Assembly: GCA_043228905.1 (NCBI GenBank)
Contig: JBHGNT010000004.1
Coordinates: forward strand, 3,720,001-3,784,000
Origin: Azolla caroliniana
Taxonomy: Eukaryota > Plantae > Polypodiophyta
Length of the DNA stretch: 64,000 bases
Direction: 5' to 3'
Shown: positions 13,867 through 26,174 of the stretch, one piece after another
Layout of the letters: the number at the start of each line of letters is the position of its first letter
Position numbering within the stretch: position 1 is the first letter of the stretch
The notes under the pieces: model-generated
The model's input: only the letters and a program-made list of their open reading frames with translations
What the model was told of the DNA's origin: nothing
The model's database searches: none
Made by a program: the position numbers and the translations under genes

Positions 13867-16800
13867 TGTCGCAAAGATGCGCGTGTGTGCGTGTGTGCGT
13901 GCTTCGCTTGAGCGGGACCACCGGGGTCTCAGACCGGGGAGGACGTTCGTGAAATTGTCGAAAAGAGGACGATGTGTATGTAGGAGTCGAGGAAAAGGAA
14001 ACACTATTACACTTGAGAAGATAGAAGATTTTACACTTGAGAAAAAGATAGATGTCAAGAAGAAGAATAAGAAGAGTATTATATTATTGTTGTTGATGAT
14101 GAATCTGATGATCTCCAAATTGACCCCCCTTACACAAGCCCAACTAGAGGCTGTTATAGGTCTCTACATGCTTGTGACATACACAAAACTATGGGCTAAA
14201 ACCATGGTTTTGTGCACACGGTTTTGCTTATGACATGCATAAAACCATGGGCTTAAATCCATGGTTTTGTGTACAGTTTTGTATGTTTGTTTCCTATGGA
14301 ATACTGAATATGACAAGGAAATATACAAAATTTGAAGCACTCAGTAGTAGCTTTAGTGGTAAGCTAATTGCCTCTTATCTTGGAGGTGCAAGGTTCAAAT
14401 CTTACTTGCACCCCTTTATACGCACTCAATGCCATTAGGCCCTAGGATTATTTATTATTGATTTATTTTCATTTCTACAAGGATTTGTGTAATGTGCATG
14501 GAACCACTCTTTTTCACTTTTTCTCCCACTGGATGTGCAACATCACGACATCCACCCCCACCAAACCGCACATCCTCCGGTATGTGCCAAGAAGAAAAGA
14601 GTGATGTGGTGGGGTCAAAGGTGGATGGTCTTTGATTTCCTCCTTTCTTGCGCCTCGCCCACACTGTCTTTTTATCCTCTACTTCAAACATGTCTCTTGT
14701 TTCTATCCAAATTGTTGTTGCCATCCGATCCACCATATCATTCATTCACCCTTTGCATTGCCATGTCTGGTTGTCATGGCTCCCTTTGCTCCTCTTGAGC
14801 ATAACGCTTCATGCCTCGTGCATGTGCCACCTTCATCTCGACCATCTCCGTGGTCACCTAACTTTCCTTTATCATCCTTTCTCGTCTCATGCTTGCCTTT
14901 CCTTATGCTCACTAGCCTCGACCGGGTGTCGCGGCTCGTCTGCTTCGACCTCCAGCTAGGCCGGCTCAACTTCTGTCTGGATCGGTCTCGACCAATAAGC
15001 TTTTGGCTTGGTCGGCTTTCGTCTAGATTCGCATTCAGCCGAATCAGACTCAGACGATCGACTTCCGTCTGGATCCGTTTCCGTCTAGTTTTCGGTTGGG
15101 TCGGGCCCAGTTGATCAACTCTCGTCCGAGTCAGCTTCCGTCCGGATTGTATTCTGGTTCTTCCTTTCTTTCTGCTCTTTGGGTCTTTATCAAACTCTAT
15201 TGTAGCTTTGTTTTTGGCCTCCTTGTTGGCCATCGTTCCTCTGTATGCGTTATCTTCAACCCTCATCTCCTCACCGCCACCTTCCATCGCTCCGGTCATA
15301 TGTTGGCTCTCGGGCACAACTGCCAAAGTCTCTGAAACCGGTGTGGAGAGATCCCTTCGTTTATGGCCATCCTCCTCATCGTCGTTTCGGTCCTTTGATT
15401 TCCTATCGTCACCTTCCGTCTCTCCGGTCTCACGTTGGCACTTAGGCACAACTGCCCAAGTCTCAGGAACAATTGTGGGGAGAACCTCGGCACCATCGGT
15501 CACCGTCGACTCATCCATAACCATCTTTCGCTCAACGTTGCTATTCGCATTGTCTTCCCCACCACTTTCCGTCTCTTGGGTTTCATGTTTGCTCTCGGAC
15601 GCAACTGCCCAAGTCTCTAGATCAAGTGTTGAGAAAGTCTCGACACGGTCATCCACCGTGAACTCTTCCAGTGCCATCTACGACTCGATGTCATTCCTCG
15701 TGGCTACTGCCTCAATCACATCGACCTCGCACTCTTTACATCCCTCGATCACACAAGCTTTGCTCGTGCTTGCACCTTCATCACTCGATATTTCGGACAC
15801 AACATGTGTTCCGAAATGCTCGTCCACTCTTAAAGCAACATTTCCTGCTCTCGAGTCTTCGGCCTTTCTCTTGACCGTCGTTCCTCTGTAAGTCGAGAAG
15901 GTGGCTTGTTTCACACCTTCTCCCATGGTATTGTCATAAAAAACTTGAGCCTTTGTATCGGCCACTTCATTAACCCATATTTGTTGGGAGGTCTCTTTTT
16001 CCTCGATCACCGTTCTCCTCGGTTTTCGCTCCATTTTAAGCTCCTCTTCAGCATCACCTTGCACCTTTAAGTTCTTGAATACTTCTCTCATTAAGGTTTC
16101 TAGGTTGAATATCGAATCTTCCCTCTTCGAGTTTTCTTCCTTTGGTGGTGGTCTATTGCATCCCGTTCTCCTTTGAACATCCCTCATAGGTCGTGTTGTT
16201 GTCGACAAGAATCTCATCTCCCTCTCGTCGTGTTGTCAGCATACCCTTTCCACTTTGGCCCAATCCTCGATGAGGCCATTTGCACCATCGTCATCCTCAA
16301 GTTGGATTCCAATGGCCTTCCTTTCATTCCGATCGATTGACTTTACAAATAGTAGAACTTTATTCACCCCTACCAATCTTCGATCCTGCTCTGAGAGTTG
16401 AGCAAAGTGACACTCAAACTCAACAAACGCATCCATGGCACTCCGGTGGGTCTTCATCAATGACACCCATTGGTCGAACTTGTACAAACTTTGTCCCTTC
16501 GGTCTCTCGTAGCCATATGCCTCCAATAGCGCCTCCTTGAAAGTCACCCATGAATCATGTGTCTCGAAGCTCTTTTACCTCTTTGTAGTTTGGTTCAGCC
16601 ACCACCTGACAAAAGTACTCCAGCCTCATAGCTTCATTCACACCTCTCGAATCCATCTCGGCATTGTAGGTGTCTAGAAAATTTTGGACTATGCCCCCAT
16701 CAAAATAGTCGACTCGCTCGACCACGTTTTCAACGATTTGTTGGGCCGCATCTCGTCTTTTCCCTTCTCTCGAATATTCCATTATCATCTTTGACATTGC

Positions 16801-17547
16801 CTCCATGAGATATTCCTCGTCCATCTTTATCCTCCCTTGCCGCTCTTCACATCGGGTTCACCAAATAGATGTCGCGAAGATGCGCGTGCATGCATGCTTC
16901 GCTTGAGCGGAACCACCGGGGTCTCAGACCGGGAAGGACGTTCGCGAAATTGTTGAAAAGAGGACGATGTGTATGTAGGAGTCGAGGAAAAGGAAACACT
17001 ATTACACTTGAGAAGATAGAAGATTTTACACTTGAGAAAAAGATAGATGTCAAGAAGAAGAATAAGAAGAGTATTATATTATTGTTGTTGATGATGTATC
17101 TGATGATCTCCAAATTGACCCCCCTTACACAAGCCCAACTAGAGGCTGTTATAGGTCTCTACATGCTTGTGACATGCACAAAACTATGGGCTAAAACCAT
17201 GGTTTTGTGCACACGGTTTTGCTTATGACATGCATAAAACCATGGGCTTAAATCCATGGTTTTGTGTACAGTTTTGTATGTTTGTTTCCTATGGAATACT
17301 GAATATGACAAGGAAATATACAAAATTTGAAGCACTCAGTAGTAGCTTTAGTGGTAAGCTAATTGCCTCTTATCTTGGAGGTGCAAGGTTCAAATCTTAC
17401 TTGCAACCCTCTATACGCGCACTCAATGCCATTAGACCCTAGGATTATTTATTATTGATTTATTTTCATTTCTACAAGTATTTGTGTAATGTGCATGGAA
17501 CCACACTTTTTCACTTTTTCTCCCACTGGATGTGCAACATCACGACA
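13867..17547 (-). mobile_element. Element B: non-autonomous gag-only (TR-GAG-like) LTR retrotransposon
   Basis: LTRs 13867-14550 and 16870-17547. tRNA-Trp PBS 16846-16863; PPT 14551-14562. TSD ATGT/ACGC (two C>T changes). No PR, RT or INT motifs inside. Confidence 0.92.
14742..16824 (-). pseudogene. Degenerate gag with long acidic, low-complexity tail (element B)
   Basis: ORFs 16555-16824 (VDYFDGGIVQNFLDTYNAEM), 16236-16547, 15678-16217, 14742-15677; starts just after the PBS. Confidence 0.75.
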
Positions 17548-18145
17548 ACGCCTAACTGAACTACGTAAGGAACTAGCCACGACACAGTACTAGGTTAGTA
17601 TGGGTGAGGAAAAAGTTTGTCCGATACTAAAAGCCCACAAGCTCAAAACTCTACAGTTGGTAGCCAACCGCCTTGACAAAGGATGGAAGACATGGTCGGA
17701 GCAAGCAGCTGAATTGCAACTCTTGCGCGCCGACAGGGATAACAGGAAAGCATAGGGCCAAGGGTTCTTCAAAATGACAGAAGAGGGCATCTCTACAGTA
17801 CAAGAAGACCTAGCTCGGAACGCTAGCAGCTAGTCACCGGGAAGAAATAACTCGGCTCATGGAGGAATTCGATGCCCATGACATCGACACTTCTATCAAG
17901 CTGGACAACTACGAACGTAAACGACGACAACAGAATACTAAACTCGGAGCATCAACCGCACAACCACCACCACCACCACATACAAACAACGCTGACAGAG
18001 AGGAGAATAGCACCAATGAGAACGACAACGAACCCGAATAGGAACAAGAAGAAGAACCGCCATTGTTTGACATACTCCAGGACGACCAAAATGAAGAAGA
18101 CGACAACAATGATGACCCCGACCCAACAAAGCAAGCGTAAGATAA

Positions 18146-18697
18146 TGTCGTGGGTTCGACCGAGCAGTGTTAGCCGGTCAGGTAAGAGTCAGACAAGTGT
18201 GGAAGCGTCAAAGTCAACAATGTTCGGAGAAACACAGAGTCAGAGTTAGATTGACGAGGCAGATCAATGAATCAACATTTTGCCGACTAAATAAAAAATA
18301 AAATATATATACATATATTAGAGTTAGTTAGAATTTTTGGTTAGTTCTTGCTGACAAGGAAAAGTATGATTCTTGATGAGTCTATCTTTCGAGTCACCTA
18401 TAAAAAGGGACCGAGAACATTTTAACACTATTGTTATTAGTTTGAGTTTAATATAGTTATTAGTTAATAGAAATCTATGTTGTGTATTCTCTGAGTAATC
18501 TATTGTTCTATTCAACTAAGTTATATTCTGCTCGTAATTATATTATGCCAATGAATCGATCACGATATATTTATATGGTATCGTAATACTGCATAGGAAG
18601 TTAGTCCATATTCCATTCGTAATTCCACAGTTTCTTGATAGAACGTTCGACATAGGACATTCGACCTTGTTGTGTTATCGGTGACCCTGTTGTGCTG
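18146..18697 (+). mobile_element. LTR-like segment after the host 3' ORF, cut at 18698
   Basis: TGTCGTG start; CCTATAAAAAGGG TATA at ~18397. No clear PPT or 3' end. Confidence 0.4.
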
Positions 18698-18885
18698 CAT
18701 GGTTGTAACATACATAGCATACCATACGCGTACAATACATATGCTACGTATTTTATAAGTATTCTAATTTTTTTTTATAAGTTCTTAGAATACATATTTA
18801 AAGGTAAAATACGTTGAATACGTGGTTGAATACATTGAATACGTTGTTGAATACGTTGAATACATCGAATACTTGAACACCATTG
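18698..18885. mobile_element. Left end of a hAT-like DNA transposon
   Basis: CATGGTTGTAACATACATAGCATAC terminus with AATACG subterminal repeats; homologous to the inverted end at ~51140-51274. Confidence 0.55.
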
Positions 18886-19569
18886 ATGTTGAAGGGTAAA
18901 AGCATGCGAGTGGAAACACTATTATAGCTAATTAACTACTAAAATGTCCACAACTAATTAGCTATTTGTTTAGCTAGTTTTTTGTGGGAAAATCATAAGG
19001 ATGGTTTACGAAATTTTATGTTTTATTAGTTAAATACATGTCATTTAATTTATGAGAATACTCAAATATTTGAACTTTGGTTTCTGACATAGTGGAACAT
19101 GGGGAATAGTGTCATCATCTAAGGTCGACTTGAATGTCATCAAATTCCTGATAATCCTGAGTTTGAGTTTGAACTCCAAACTGATGGAGTACTCTAAGCA
19201 TGAACGCAGACGAAGCTCCCGCAGCAGCACAAAAACTCTGAGATCGACATTGCACCTTCAGAGCTACAACACACGACCAAGTCGATCCTCGTCCAGGTAT
19301 GTATCAGTTACATATTAAAAAAACTTTTTTTTCCTTTCTGATAACGAGCGAAGTCATTGGAGTCCCAAACAAGGATGTCTCGAAGATCAGGGTATACCAT
19401 CAGGTGTGTTTCTGATTGACAGAATTTCGTAGTACGATGGATTTCTGCCTTTAGTGACGATTAGGGTTTGTGTTTCCCTGAAGTGGTTTAGGGTTTCTGA
19501 TTACAAATTTCAGATTACAAGTTTCTGGTTACAAATTTCTAATTACAAATTTCTGATTACTATCGCAAT

Positions 19570-22500
19570 TGTAAGGAATAGACCCTTCTATTCAGCTTCT
19601 TCTCTCGGCCACAACCGATTAATCGCGGATCAATGGAGCAGAAAAATAGGAAACACACGTAGAAACAAAACGAAGAAACGCGAGTACACAAGGATTAACG
19701 TGGAAAACCCTATATGGGAAAAACCACGGGAGTGCGAGACTCCAAACCAAACTATGCACAGAGAGATTTACAATGGCGAGCTGCAAGGCAACGACCTTGA
19801 GCTCGCTTCCTTCGCCACAGGCGGCGGTGTTACACAGAGGCGTCGACCTCTTCCTCTCTCTCTCTCTCTCACGGCTGCTCTCTCTTCACTCCTCTAAAGT
19901 GGAAAAACAGAAAAATGAGAAGCAACAGAAAAACTGTTTGCCCTAAGTCATATTTATACTTATATGACTTTGGGCTATTTACAACTATAGCCTCAGGGGG
20001 CTCGTAGCGAACATATTCACGGATATGTCCCTGCATCCGGATCGCTCTCCGGGTACATTCGTCATCCGGCACCGAAGCCGGGGTCTTCGTCATCCGGATC
20101 CGAAACCGAAACCGGGCTTGTCGGCATTCATCTCCGATATCCGACCATCCCATCCGAAAGGGACCGAAATCCCAACAAACTCCCCCTTCACTTCGGCATG
20201 GGATGTCTTTCCAATCCGATCCTCTTCCGGCATGCTTCCAGCTTGTCGGGTGTGAGCACCTTGGTCAGCATATCCGACCCGTTCTTGTCGGTGTGGATCT
20301 TCGTCAGCACGAACTCCTTGTCTTCTATCCTTTCCCGGATCCAGTGGTATCTACGCTGGATGTGTTTCGTCCGGGAGTGATAGGCTGCGTTCTTCGCAAG
20401 GTGGATGGCACTCTGACTGTCGCAGTAGAGTCGGTACTCCTCTTGCCGGATACCGAGCTCTCTAATGAAGTCCTTCATCCATATTATTTCCTTGCCGGCT
20501 TCAACAGCCGCCATGTACTCCGCCTCCGTGGTTGACAACGCAACCGTCTTCTGCAGCCTCGACTGCCATGAAACAGCTCCCCCTGCATACGTCATCACAT
20601 ACCCTGATGTGGACCGGCTGGTATCTGCATCAGCCGACATATCCGAATCGGTGAAACCGTCGAGTTCGGGCTTACCGGAGCCGAATCGGAGGCACACGTT
20701 TGCCGTGCCCTTCAGGTATCGGAGTATCCACTTGGCCGCGTTCCAATGCTCTTTGCCGGGATTGCTCATGTACCGGCTCACCACTCCGACTGCATATCCG
20801 ATGTCCGGTCTCGTACACACCATGGCGTACATCAAGCTCCCGACGGCTGAGGCATACGGCACTTTCATCATATCCTCCTTCTCAGCCTTTGTCTTGGGAC
20901 TTTGCTTGCTGGACAGCTTGCAGTTTGCCGGGAGGGTCGATCCGACCGGTCTTGCTTCCGACATGTTGAACCGTTGAAGCACCTTTGTCACGTACTTCTC
21001 CTGTGACAGCCACAACTGCTTCTTCTTCCGGTCCCGGATGATGTGCATCCCTAGTATTTGCCTCGCCGGACCCAGGTCCTTCATTGAGAAGGTTCGGTGA
21101 AGAGCCTTCTTCAGCATCCGTATCTTGACCTGGTCCCGTCCGACGATCAACATGTCGTCCACGTACAGGAGGAGTATTAGGAAGTCTCCTCCTTCAAACT
21201 TCTTCACAAACACGCAGTGGTCGGACTGCGTTTTGAGGTACCCTTCGTCGGTCATGAAGGAGTCGAACTTCCGGTACCATTGCCGGGGAGCCTGCTTCAG
21301 TCCGTAAAGGCTCTTCTTCAACCGGCATACCAGGTGCTCCTTCCCTTTCTTCTCGAATCCTTCCGGTTGCTGCATGTAGATTTCTTCTTCGAGGTCACCG
21401 TGAAGGAATGCTGTCTTCACGTCCATCTGTTCTACCTCGAGGTCCATGCTTGCCGCTATGCTCAGCACCGTCCGGATGGAGGTCATCTTCACTACCGGGG
21501 CAAATATCTCGTCGAAGTCGACGCCCTTCTTTTGCTGAAACCCCTTCACCACGATCCTGGCTTTGTATCTCGGGGGGTTTCCGGCATCTCCCGGTTTCAG
21601 CTTGAACACCCACTTGTTTCGAAGTGCCCGCTTTCCCTTCGGCAACTCCACAAGTTCATATGTGTGGTTCTCATGCAGGGAATCCATCTCGTCCTGCATG
21701 GCACTCAACCACCTGCGGCTCTGGGTGTCATGCTTCGCTTCTTCAAAGCTCTCCGGCTCCCCCTCGTCGGTTAGCAACACGTGCTCTGGTTCCGGAAATC
21801 TCCGGGGGGCCCTTCTCTCTCTTAGAGGGTATCTCCGTTCCGGAGCTTCGGTAACCGGTTCTTCCGATTCTTCTTCTTCATCCGAATCCATTTCGGGATC
21901 GGGGCCGGTTCCGGTATCATTTTCATCTTCTTCGGCCGGTTCTGTTTCTTCACTGTCTTCGGCCGGATCCTCGAGTGCTAACCGGTCCCTTGCCGGTCGG
22001 GACTGCTCCTCGTAGAGTTGATCCTCACCGATCGACTTGGAGCTCTTCATCTTCTTCTCCGACTCCCAGTCGGCGAGTGTCTTGTCCTCCATGAAGATGA
22101 TATCACGACTCCGGAATATCTTCTTGTCGACCGGGTCCCATACTCGGTAGCCGAACTCGTCGTCGCCGTAACCGAGGAATATGCATGGCCGGGTCTTCGG
22201 ATCTAGTTTTCCTCTCCGGTCCTTTGCCACATGCACGTATGCGAGACACCCGAACACCTTCAGATGCCGGTAGGACACTTCCTTACCCGTCCACACTTTC
22301 TGCGGCGTGTCTCCGTCCAAAGGTACTGAGGGTGATCTGTTTATCACGTATGTCGCCGTCGACATTGCCTCAGCCCAAAACCCCTTGGGTAATTTCGCAT
22401 GCGCCAGCATACTCCGGACCCGCTCCATTATGGTCCGGTTCATCCTCTCGGCCAGCCCGTTCAGTTCCGGCGTCTTCGGCACAGTAAACTCGAGTCGGAT

Positions 22501-24901
22501 TCCCTTCGAGCGACAGTACTCCTGGAACTGCCCCCGGTATTCCCCTCCGTTATCCGCTCGTATCGCTTTCAGCTTCTTGCCGGATTCCCTTTCCACTCTC
22601 GCGTGGAGTTCTTTGAAGACGCACAACACTTGGTCCTTTGTCTTTAACGGTGCCGTCCACAGTCTTCGGCTGTGATCATCTATGAAAGTTACGAAGTACT
22701 GGGCTCCGCCATGTGACTTCGTTTCTACCTGACACACGTCGGTGTGCACCAACTCCAATGGTGCGCTACGTCTCGTCGGTGGCCTTGAGTGGAAGGAGGT
22801 TCGGTTCTGCTTACCGGCCAGGCAATCGGTGCACTTCTCCAGGTGCACGTGCTTCACTGGAATAAGGTTGTCTTCTGCAAGCCTCTTCATCCCCTTCTCA
22901 CTCATGTGGCACAGTCTTTTGTGCCACAGCTCACCGGCAGTGTCGGCTGCCACATTCAGCTCTTCCGGACATAACCGGGCATTCATCAGGTACAGTGTGT
23001 TGACCTTCCGGGCCCGAACCACTATCAAGCTCCCCTTGCTGAACTTCATGACACCGTTCCGGATGCTACCCGTGTAGCCTTCATCATCTAGCCTCCCGGC
23101 CGAAATCAGGTTCAGTCGGACCTCCGGAACGTGTCGGACATCTTTCAGCAGCATTTTGCATCCGGTCGGGGTTGTCAACCACACGTCTCCTATGCCGGCA
23201 ATCCGGCACGTACCTTCATTTCCCATCCGAACACAGCCATGCTCGCCGGCTGTGTAGGATGAGAAGTATCTTCTCTCCGGGGTCAGGTGGAACGATGCTC
23301 CGGAATCGACCACCCAGGTCGTCTCATCGCCGGCAACGTTTAGCTCACCTTCTTCGGTGATGAGCATGATTTCTTCCTCACTTGCCGCGAGTGCCGTTGT
23401 TCCTTTCCGGTCTTGCCCTCGCCGATCCGAACCTCTCCGGTCCGTGGCTCCCCGGTATGCACCGTTTCTCTCCGGTGACTTCTTCGAGTCGGTGTCGTCG
23501 GCTCCGTTGTCTTTTCGGTAATGCCGACAATTCTTTCGGAAGTGCCCCGGCTTCCCACAGTGGAAGCATGTGGGCCTTCCTCTTGACTGCGACCGGGTCC
23601 CCGACTTCTCCCGTCTTTGCGGACTCCGGTTCCATTGTCTTCCCCGATCCGATTCGGTAAACAGCATCTTCGGGTCGGAGGCCGGTTCCTTATCTCTCCG
23701 ACGCGCTTCTTCATTCAGAATACTTGTCTTTACAGTTTGTAAGGACAAGTTATCTTCGGTGCACGAGGTGCTGAGAGTCACCACCAAGTTCTCCCAGCTT
23801 TCCGGCAATGTACACATCAGGATGATGGCTTGCATTGCATCCTCCAACGGGAACTTGATCGCCGCAAGCTGGTTCACGAATCCCATGAACGTGCTTACGT
23901 GTTCCACCATACTCTCGCCGTCCCGATACTTGAGATTCACAATCTTCCTCATCAGGGAGGTCCGGTTCAACGCATTCTTCCTCTCATAGAGGCCAGACAG
24001 CTTCCGCCACATCTCATATGCGTTGGTGTCGTTCGCCACATGTTGTAGAACGCTTACGTCGACATATTGTCGGATCGTCGCTACGGCTTTCCGGTTCAGG
24101 AGCTTCCACTCCGACTCAAGTACCCCCTTCGGTATTTCCGACCTGTCAATCGGTTCGTACAGGTCCCGAACAATCAGAAGATCCTCCATCTTGATCTTCC
24201 AGTCGGCGTAATTCTGTGCGTTCAGCACCATCATCATCGGCTGCCCGCTGCCGCCGCCTTCCATTTTCTGCAACAGTCGCTCTGATACCAGTTTGTAAGG
24301 AATAGACCCTTCTATTCAGCTTCTTCTCTCGGCCACAACCGATTAATCGCGGATCAATGGAGCAGAAAAATAGGAAACACACGTAGAAACAAAACGAAGA
24401 AACGCGAGTACACAAGGATTAACGTGGAAAACCCTATATGGGAAAAACCACGGGAGTGCGAGACTCCAAACCAAACTATGCACAGAGAGATTTACAATGG
24501 CGAGCTGCAAGGCAACGACCTTGAGCTCGCTTCCTTCGCCACAGGCGGCGGTGTTACACAGAGGCGTCGACCTCTTCCTCTCTCTCTCTCTCTCACGGCT
24601 GCTCTCTCTTCACTCCTCTAAAGTGGAAAAACAGAAAAATGAGAAGCAACAGAAAAACTGTTTGCCCTAAGTCATATTTATACTTATATGACTTTGGGCT
24701 ATTTACAACTATAGCCTCAGGGGGCTCGTAGCGAACATATTCACGGATATGTCCCTGCATCCGGATCGCTCTCCGGGTACATTCGTCATCCGGCACCGAA
24801 GCCGGGGTCTTCGTCATCCGGATCCGAAACCGAAACCGGGCTTGTCGGCATTCATCTCCGATATCCGACCATCCCATCCGAAAGGGACCGAAATCCCAAC
24901 A
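19570..24901 (-). mobile_element. Element C: intact Ty1/copia LTR retrotransposon (Tork/Tnt1-like)
   Basis: 608-bp LTRs 19570-20177 and 24294-24901, identical by eye. TSD GCAAT; PBS TGGTATCAGAGC (Met-i) 24279-24290; PPT ~20178-20190. Confidence 0.98.
20188..24264 (-). CDS. Gag-Pol polyprotein of element C (Gag, Zn knuckle, PR, INT, RT, RNase H)
   Basis: Uninterrupted ORF: CFHCGKPGHFRKNC, VVDSGAS, LWHKRLCH, DNGGEY, YKARIVVKG, LYVDD, STTEAEY. First ATG at 24264. Confidence 0.97.
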   Translation of the reverse strand: MEGGGSGQPMMMVLNAQNYADWKIKMEDLLIVRDLYEPIDRSEIPKGVLESEWKLLNRKAVATIRQYVDVSVLQHVANDTNAYEMWRKLSGLYERKNALNRTSLMRKIVNLKYRDGESMVEHVSTFMGFVNQLAAIKFPLEDAMQAIILMCTLPESWENLVVTLSTSCTEDNLSLQTVKTSILNEEARRRDKEPASDPKMLFTESDRGRQWNRSPQRREKSGTRSQSRGRPTCFHCGKPGHFRKNCRHYRKDNGADDTDSKKSPERNGAYRGATDRRGSDRRGQDRKGTTALAASEEEIMLITEEGELNVAGDETTWVVDSGASFHLTPERRYFSSYTAGEHGCVRMGNEGTCRIAGIGDVWLTTPTGCKMLLKDVRHVPEVRLNLISAGRLDDEGYTGSIRNGVMKFSKGSLIVVRARKVNTLYLMNARLCPEELNVAADTAGELWHKRLCHMSEKGMKRLAEDNLIPVKHVHLEKCTDCLAGKQNRTSFHSRPPTRRSAPLELVHTDVCQVETKSHGGAQYFVTFIDDHSRRLWTAPLKTKDQVLCVFKELHARVERESGKKLKAIRADNGGEYRGQFQEYCRSKGIRLEFTVPKTPELNGLAERMNRTIMERVRSMLAHAKLPKGFWAEAMSTATYVINRSPSVPLDGDTPQKVWTGKEVSYRHLKVFGCLAYVHVAKDRRGKLDPKTRPCIFLGYGDDEFGYRVWDPVDKKIFRSRDIIFMEDKTLADWESEKKMKSSKSIGEDQLYEEQSRPARDRLALEDPAEDSEETEPAEEDENDTGTGPDPEMDSDEEEESEEPVTEAPERRYPLRERRAPRRFPEPEHVLLTDEGEPESFEEAKHDTQSRRWLSAMQDEMDSLHENHTYELVELPKGKRALRNKWVFKLKPGDAGNPPRYKARIVVKGFQQKKGVDFDEIFAPVVKMTSIRTVLSIAASMDLEVEQMDVKTAFLHGDLEEEIYMQQPEGFEKKGKEHLVCRLKKSLYGLKQAPRQWYRKFDSFMTDEGYLKTQSDHCVFVKKFEGGDFLILLLYVDDMLIVGRDQVKIRMLKKALHRTFSMKDLGPARQILGMHIIRDRKKKQLWLSQEKYVTKVLQRFNMSEARPVGSTLPANCKLSSKQSPKTKAEKEDMMKVPYASAVGSLMYAMVCTRPDIGYAVGVVSRYMSNPGKEHWNAAKWILRYLKGTANVCLRFGSGKPELDGFTDSDMSADADTSRSTSGYVMTYAGGAVSWQSRLQKTVALSTTEAEYMAAVEAGKEIIWMKDFIRELGIRQEEYRLYCDSQSAIHLAKNAAYHSRTKHIQRRYHWIRERIEDKEFVLTKIHTDKNGSDMLTKVLTPDKLEACRKRIGLERHPMPK

Positions 24902-26119
24902 GCAATATGTTGTAATTTTGCACCAATTCTCATGACAAATTTTGATTAGGGTTTCTGATTTTTTAAGTGGTTGATTTTTGATACATGTTGAAAAGGACAA
25001 ATTACAAATTTCAGATTACTGTCTCAAAGTGTTGTAATTTTGCACCAAATTCACATTAAAAATTCTATTTTTGCACTAATTCTAATAACTTATTTTCTAT
25101 TTCAAGTGGCTCATTCCTCCCTATCCTAGAGTGCTGAACTTCGCAAAATTTTGCGAGACAAAGGAGAACTTTCACAACATATATGGTCTGTCGCTCGAGG
25201 GTATTGACCCTACTGTTCTAACAGATAGATTTATTAGTGATGTAGACTGGATGTCAGTATATAAAGTGCCTAGAGTGAAAGGCAAGGTAAAGCTCAAGCA
25301 CGTACGACCGAACCTGTACGACGACTGCATGAGACTGCACTAGAAAGTACATCAAGAGATCTCGGTCAACAACGAGTTGCCCGTTTCATTTGCCAGAGCT
25401 TTTGCATACGAGTATTGCAAAACAATGAAGGAATCTCGTGACCCTGAAATGTACAGGGTAGCTTGGGCAATTTATGGTGAGGCATCGGTAGAAAGTTGTC
25501 GGAAGATGGGGAGCTTGCAACAAAAAATGGCAAGATTTTGGAGCATGGCAGTTGATGATGCAACTGCCGACTCCCAACAAACCCGCAAGTATACGCCACA
25601 CCAACACACAATGAAAGCCAACGTCGATGATATAGGTGATACATTGATTAGCTATATGCTAAAAAATGTCCATGAAGCCTATGAGACATTGGAGTTTTTT
25701 GAGACTGATTTAGAGAAAGCAACATTGGCTAGTGCGATGGAGAGCAAAGTCACTTTGGCAGTTACAACAATCAGAAATTAGATTCAGGTACCTATTGTTT
25801 TGCTAGTATGTAATATGTTATAAATAACTTGTACATGAAAATGTTCTACTGAGGCATTATTTGGAACGGGTTTCAACATGAGCTTGAAATTGAGGGGTCG
25901 TTGGATCCCCAGTGGAAAATTCAACTGCAGACAGAGATCAAGGTTCTTTCAATGAACTTGGACCTTCTCGGTGTAAATATTGTCGCAAATTACAATTTGG
26001 ACAAGCTACAAGTTAATGATTAAGGAATAATTAATCGGTAAATTTCTCGGGTACGTTGTCGAGGTATTCCTCGCGGATGCGTGGAGTGAGGCGGGACCTC
26101 GGGGGCCCTGTACCGAAGA

Positions 26120-26174
<55 letters not shown>

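Larger units (their letters stand above)
11050..18140 (+). pseudogene. Extra 3' ORF of the host Athila/Tat-like element (helical domain, coiled coil, acidic tail), split by two insertions
   Basis: ORF pieces 11089-11394, 11540-11789|12676-, 13579-13866|17548-, 17859-18140. The frame QPV|QEQNQ rejoins across the solo LTR. Confidence 0.6.

Noticed and set aside
20198-24415. Many antisense and alternate-frame ORFs over copia and gypsy pol
   Set aside because: Shadow ORFs of GC-rich coding sequence with no recognisable motifs.
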